Source: Promethearchaeota archaeon (lineage in GTDB: Archaea > Asgardarchaeota > Lokiarchaeia > Sigyniarchaeales > SOKP01). From it: a DNA stretch of 64,000 bases. Each line of letters starts with the position of its first letter. Positions within the stretch are counted from its first letter, which is position 1. Where the stretch lies: NCBI GenBank assembly GCA_019057795.1, contig JAHLWS010000022.1, positions 1 to 64,000 on the forward strand, given 5' to 3'. Below, in pieces: positions 61,430 through 64,000 of the stretch. The translations under genes and the position numbers were made by a program. Below the pieces are notes generated by a model. The model did no database searches, was not told the origin of the DNA, and was given only the letters and a program-made list of their open reading frames with translations.

Positions 61430-61906
61430 GTGCCGGTGCGACAAGTAGACGTATTGGAAGTATTATTTAACTCTTCTATACCGTTAAGCGTTAACGATAT
61501 CGTTGGTAAGTTAAATCTCAACGAATCTATTGAAAGTACGCTAAAAACAACGCCAAAAAAAAGAGTCTCGACGTGTTTGCGTTATTTAGAAAAAAAAGGT
61601 CATGTAGCGAGTTATAAATTTCACGAAAAAGACGAGATTGTATATAGACACAAAGGAGAAATGATTAAGGATTTAATCGTTCACGTTATGGTTTCGAACT
61701 TACATCCTTTCTACAAAACCGAATTTATGGAATTAGTGTCTCCGGCGTTAACCGACGAGAAACGCGAGATTATTGGTAAGGAAATCGAAGTTTATAAAGC
61801 TTATTTAAAAGAAAAAGGTCCGAACGAAAAAAGTCTTGAGGAAGTTCGAGACAAAGTAATACGAATTAATTATTATAACGAAAAAAAGAACGAATATTTT
61901 ACTTAA
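61430..61906 (+). CDS. Winged-helix DNA-binding protein
   Basis: VLEVL....PLSVNDIV..L...VSTCLRYLEKKGHV. Confidence 0.65.
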   Translation: MPVRQVDVLEVLFNSSIPLSVNDIVGKLNLNESIESTLKTTPKKRVSTCLRYLEKKGHVASYKFHEKDEIVYRHKGEMIKDLIVHVMVSNLHPFYKTEFMELVSPALTDEKREIIGKEIEVYKAYLKEKGPNEKSLEEVRDKVIRINYYNEKKNEYFT

Positions 61907-61921
61907 ATAGGTGAAAAAATT

Positions 61922-62716
61922 ATGAGTTTAGTAAAATTGGAAGGTTATTTAGAAAGAATTACGGACCCGAATAGAAGAAGCGTGTTAAGAGCCGTTAAGA
62001 AGTACGTGGTCGAATTAGAAGGGTATTCAAGTAGAGTTGGCGAGTTCGCTAAGAGATATACGGTGACCGACCCTAACGATATAGCTTTTTACGAAGGAGC
62101 CGGGATTAACTTAAGCAAGGATTTCCCAACGCAAATAGCGGAATTTAAAGAAAGGATCGTTAGGGAAGCTATAAACGGTAGTATCGATAAACAACTTATA
62201 GAAAACGTCTTGGCCTATTTTTGTTGCGACGTGGTTAAAATCGAAAAGTTATGGGACGATTTAGTGAACCCTAAAAGCGTCGATGGGGAGAAAGAATTAA
62301 TCGAAAAAATAGCCGGTTTTCAAAAGGCTCTGAACGGTCTTACTTGGCATCCAAGGTCTCACGCGCTCGATAAAAGCGAGACCGAATTAATCGTATCCCG
62401 TATTTTAGAGCGATTGCGTAAGCACGGGTTAAAGGGGATTGGAAGGCCGTTTTTGATCCGCTTGAAAGTTTTGAAAAAGTCGCCCGAAAAAGAAGGAGAG
62501 CCGGTAACCATCGAAGAGATGGAAGTAATTGCGAATAGGATCGAGAAGGAAGTTAAATATTGGGAAGAATTGCTTACAGAACACGCGAATAAATGTGCCG
62601 AATCGAAAATGATTAAAGAGATAATGCGGGAACAAAAGAAAGAATTCCCTAAAATAACGCCTGAAATCGTAAAGGAAGAAATAATAGGGAAAATATCGCT
62701 TAATAAAACGGGTTGA
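61922..62716 (+). CDS. Hypothetical protein
   Basis: AGGTGA SD, 264-aa ORF in operon. Confidence 0.65.
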   Translation: MSLVKLEGYLERITDPNRRSVLRAVKKYVVELEGYSSRVGEFAKRYTVTDPNDIAFYEGAGINLSKDFPTQIAEFKERIVREAINGSIDKQLIENVLAYFCCDVVKIEKLWDDLVNPKSVDGEKELIEKIAGFQKALNGLTWHPRSHALDKSETELIVSRILERLRKHGLKGIGRPFLIRLKVLKKSPEKEGEPVTIEEMEVIANRIEKEVKYWEELLTEHANKCAESKMIKEIMREQKKEFPKITPEIVKEEIIGKISLNKTG

Positions 62717-63045
62717 TCGTTATTATAGAAGGAAATACTCCGATTACGATTCGAATAGAGACGCCTGAAAGGGCTATATTGCGGGAAATCAACGAGAATC
62801 TCTATAATGGAGACCATAATTACGGACCATTGTTACAACGGATTTGTAATTTTGCAGTTCACGAATTTATGAGAGAATATAAAGATTCGAAAAAGAATCA
62901 AGCGATTAAAGATCGTAAGGACGGTTTACAAGACCTACGGGAAACGCTTATAATCGAAGGGCTTCCAAAATTAGAGAAGGAAATTATAGGGTTAGGGGTT
63001 TCGAACGCTCGTAGTTTCTTTTCTAAGATGTTCGAGAAAAAATAG
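62713..63045 (+). CDS. Hypothetical protein
   Basis: TTG start overlapping the previous stop (TTGA). Confidence 0.5.
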   Translation: MIVIIEGNTPITIRIETPERAILREINENLYNGDHNYGPLLQRICNFAVHEFMREYKDSKKNQAIKDRKDGLQDLRETLIIEGLPKLEKEIIGLGVSNARSFFSKMFEKK

Positions 63046-63143
63046 GAAAATTTAATTAGAAAACGGGGGGATGTTTTTTTTTATTCCCTCCAAAAAAACA
63101 TTTACTTAGAATAAAATAATAAAATAAGAGTTGAAAAGAAAAA

Positions 63144-63386
63144 ATGAAAATAAAAAAATTAATATTAATGGTTATATGTTTTATTGGGTTAATAGGTTTA
63201 TTTGGTTCTTTATCGTATAGTTTAATCATAATTATAGTTATTTTTTCAGAAGGGATGATTTCGTTTATTGAACCAAATCTTTTAATGTTAACAGTAGAAT
63301 TAATTATGATTATTATTAGTATTGTTAGTTTTCCAATTATTGTTTCTTCTACAGTAAAAAATATATTCTTTAAAAAAATTAATTAG
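63144..63386 (+). CDS. Small 2-TM membrane protein
   Basis: Two hydrophobic helices, basic termini. Confidence 0.55.
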   Translation: MKIKKLILMVICFIGLIGLFGSLSYSLIIIIVIFSEGMISFIEPNLLMLTVELIMIIISIVSFPIIVSSTVKNIFFKKIN

Positions 63387-64000
63387 GTGAATTATGTTAT
63401 TAAATATTATAATTACGAAGATTTAGGGATAACGAGCGCTAAAAAACCGTTTAACACGCATTTATTTTGGCACCACGCAACTTATGGTTTTGTTATGGTA
63501 GATTCAGTAGATCAAACGGTTTTATTGTTTTCTACTAAAGCACGTCTATTAATTGACGGTTCCGATTGGGATACGGTAGATTTATCTGATAACACTAATT
63601 CCTATAAAATTCAGGCGGGTTGGTTAGACGGAAACGATTTGTGGTTAGTTATGTGTGATAATCCAGGAGACGATTTTGGAGTATGCTACGTAGAATTAGA
63701 CGATTCTAACGATTGTAATCCCGTAGGAATTGGAGCAGGTGGGACTGCTGATGCAGGTACGGTTTACGCTTACGATATTTTTAAAATAGGAACGGATGTT
63801 TTTGTGTTAAATAATGAGGAAAGGACGAATGTCCCAAAAATAGTAGTGTGGGATGTTGATACAGCTCCTTTTATTGAAAAAGACTCTTGGAATGGGGCAG
63901 ATTGTACTTATAATCTTGGTCCTTATTCTTTTGTTGTTATTGTTGGGAATATAGTTTATTTTACGGTTGACATGATCGGTTGTAATTATGTTGGTATAAT
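63387..64000 (+). CDS. Beta-rich protein, possible virion structural/adhesin; runs off the window end
   Basis: Open frame from GTG 63387 to the end (over 200 codons): YYNYEDLGITSAKKPFNTHLFWHH...IQAGWLDGNDLWLVMCD...AYDIFKIGTDVFVL. Confidence 0.65.
   Translation, partial: MNYVIKYYNYEDLGITSAKKPFNTHLFWHHATYGFVMVDSVDQTVLLFSTKARLLIDGSDWDTVDLSDNTNSYKIQAGWLDGNDLWLVMCDNPGDDFGVCYVELDDSNDCNPVGIGAGGTADAGTVYAYDIFKIGTDVFVLNNEERTNVPKIVVWDVDTAPFIEKDSWNGADCTYNLGPYSFVVIVGNIVYFTVDMIGCNYVGI

Larger units (their letters stand above)
49450..64000. mobile_element. Integrated mobile element (provirus, integrative plasmid or virus satellite); continues beyond the window; left boundary approximate (49.4-50.7 kb)
   Basis: Tyrosine recombinase, RHH regulators, primpol-SF3 helicase, tightly packed short hypothetical ORFs, TA remnant, compositional shift. 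Confidence 0.85.

Noticed and set aside
62359-62817. Antisense ORF of 152 aa and the many other short ORFs overlapping long genes
   Set aside because: Shadow frames of well-supported genes, with no motifs or ribosome-binding sites.

Overview
AT-rich archaeal DNA, most likely Asgard archaea (Lokiarchaeia). The basis is a Loki-type profilin, an arrestin-fold protein, a Rag-like GTPase, and Sec-recoded hdrA/mvhD with a eukaryote-like SECIS candidate. 1-30 kb: housekeeping and catabolic genes (GPH transporter, sulfatase, GH94-like phosphorylase, UroD-family protein, GGR-like flavoproteins), several eukaryotic-signature proteins, DRG GTPase, FrhB and a HEAT-repeat protein. 30.1-43.2 kb: a large Hdr/Mvh/FrhB flavin-based electron-bifurcation cluster that the ORF track breaks up. 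Its first gene is a 646-aa HdrA with FOUR in-frame TGA codons, all at Cys-ligand positions. It is followed by an MvhD with two TGAs and then one AUGA/GA kink-turn SECIS-like hairpin. All-Cys paralogs of both genes lie downstream in the same cluster, and the HdrD-like gene appears to start at ATA. From about 49.4 kb to the window end lies an integrated mobile element. It carries a broken hicBA, a tyrosine recombinase, RHH regulators, a primase-polymerase/SF3 helicase, an iteron-bearing origin candidate, scaffold-like coiled-coil genes and a beta-rich structural-type gene. No capsid or terminase is visible in the window, so it may be a provirus, an integrated plasmid or a PICI-like virus satellite. 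All family assignments come from motif recognition by eye; no database searches were run.
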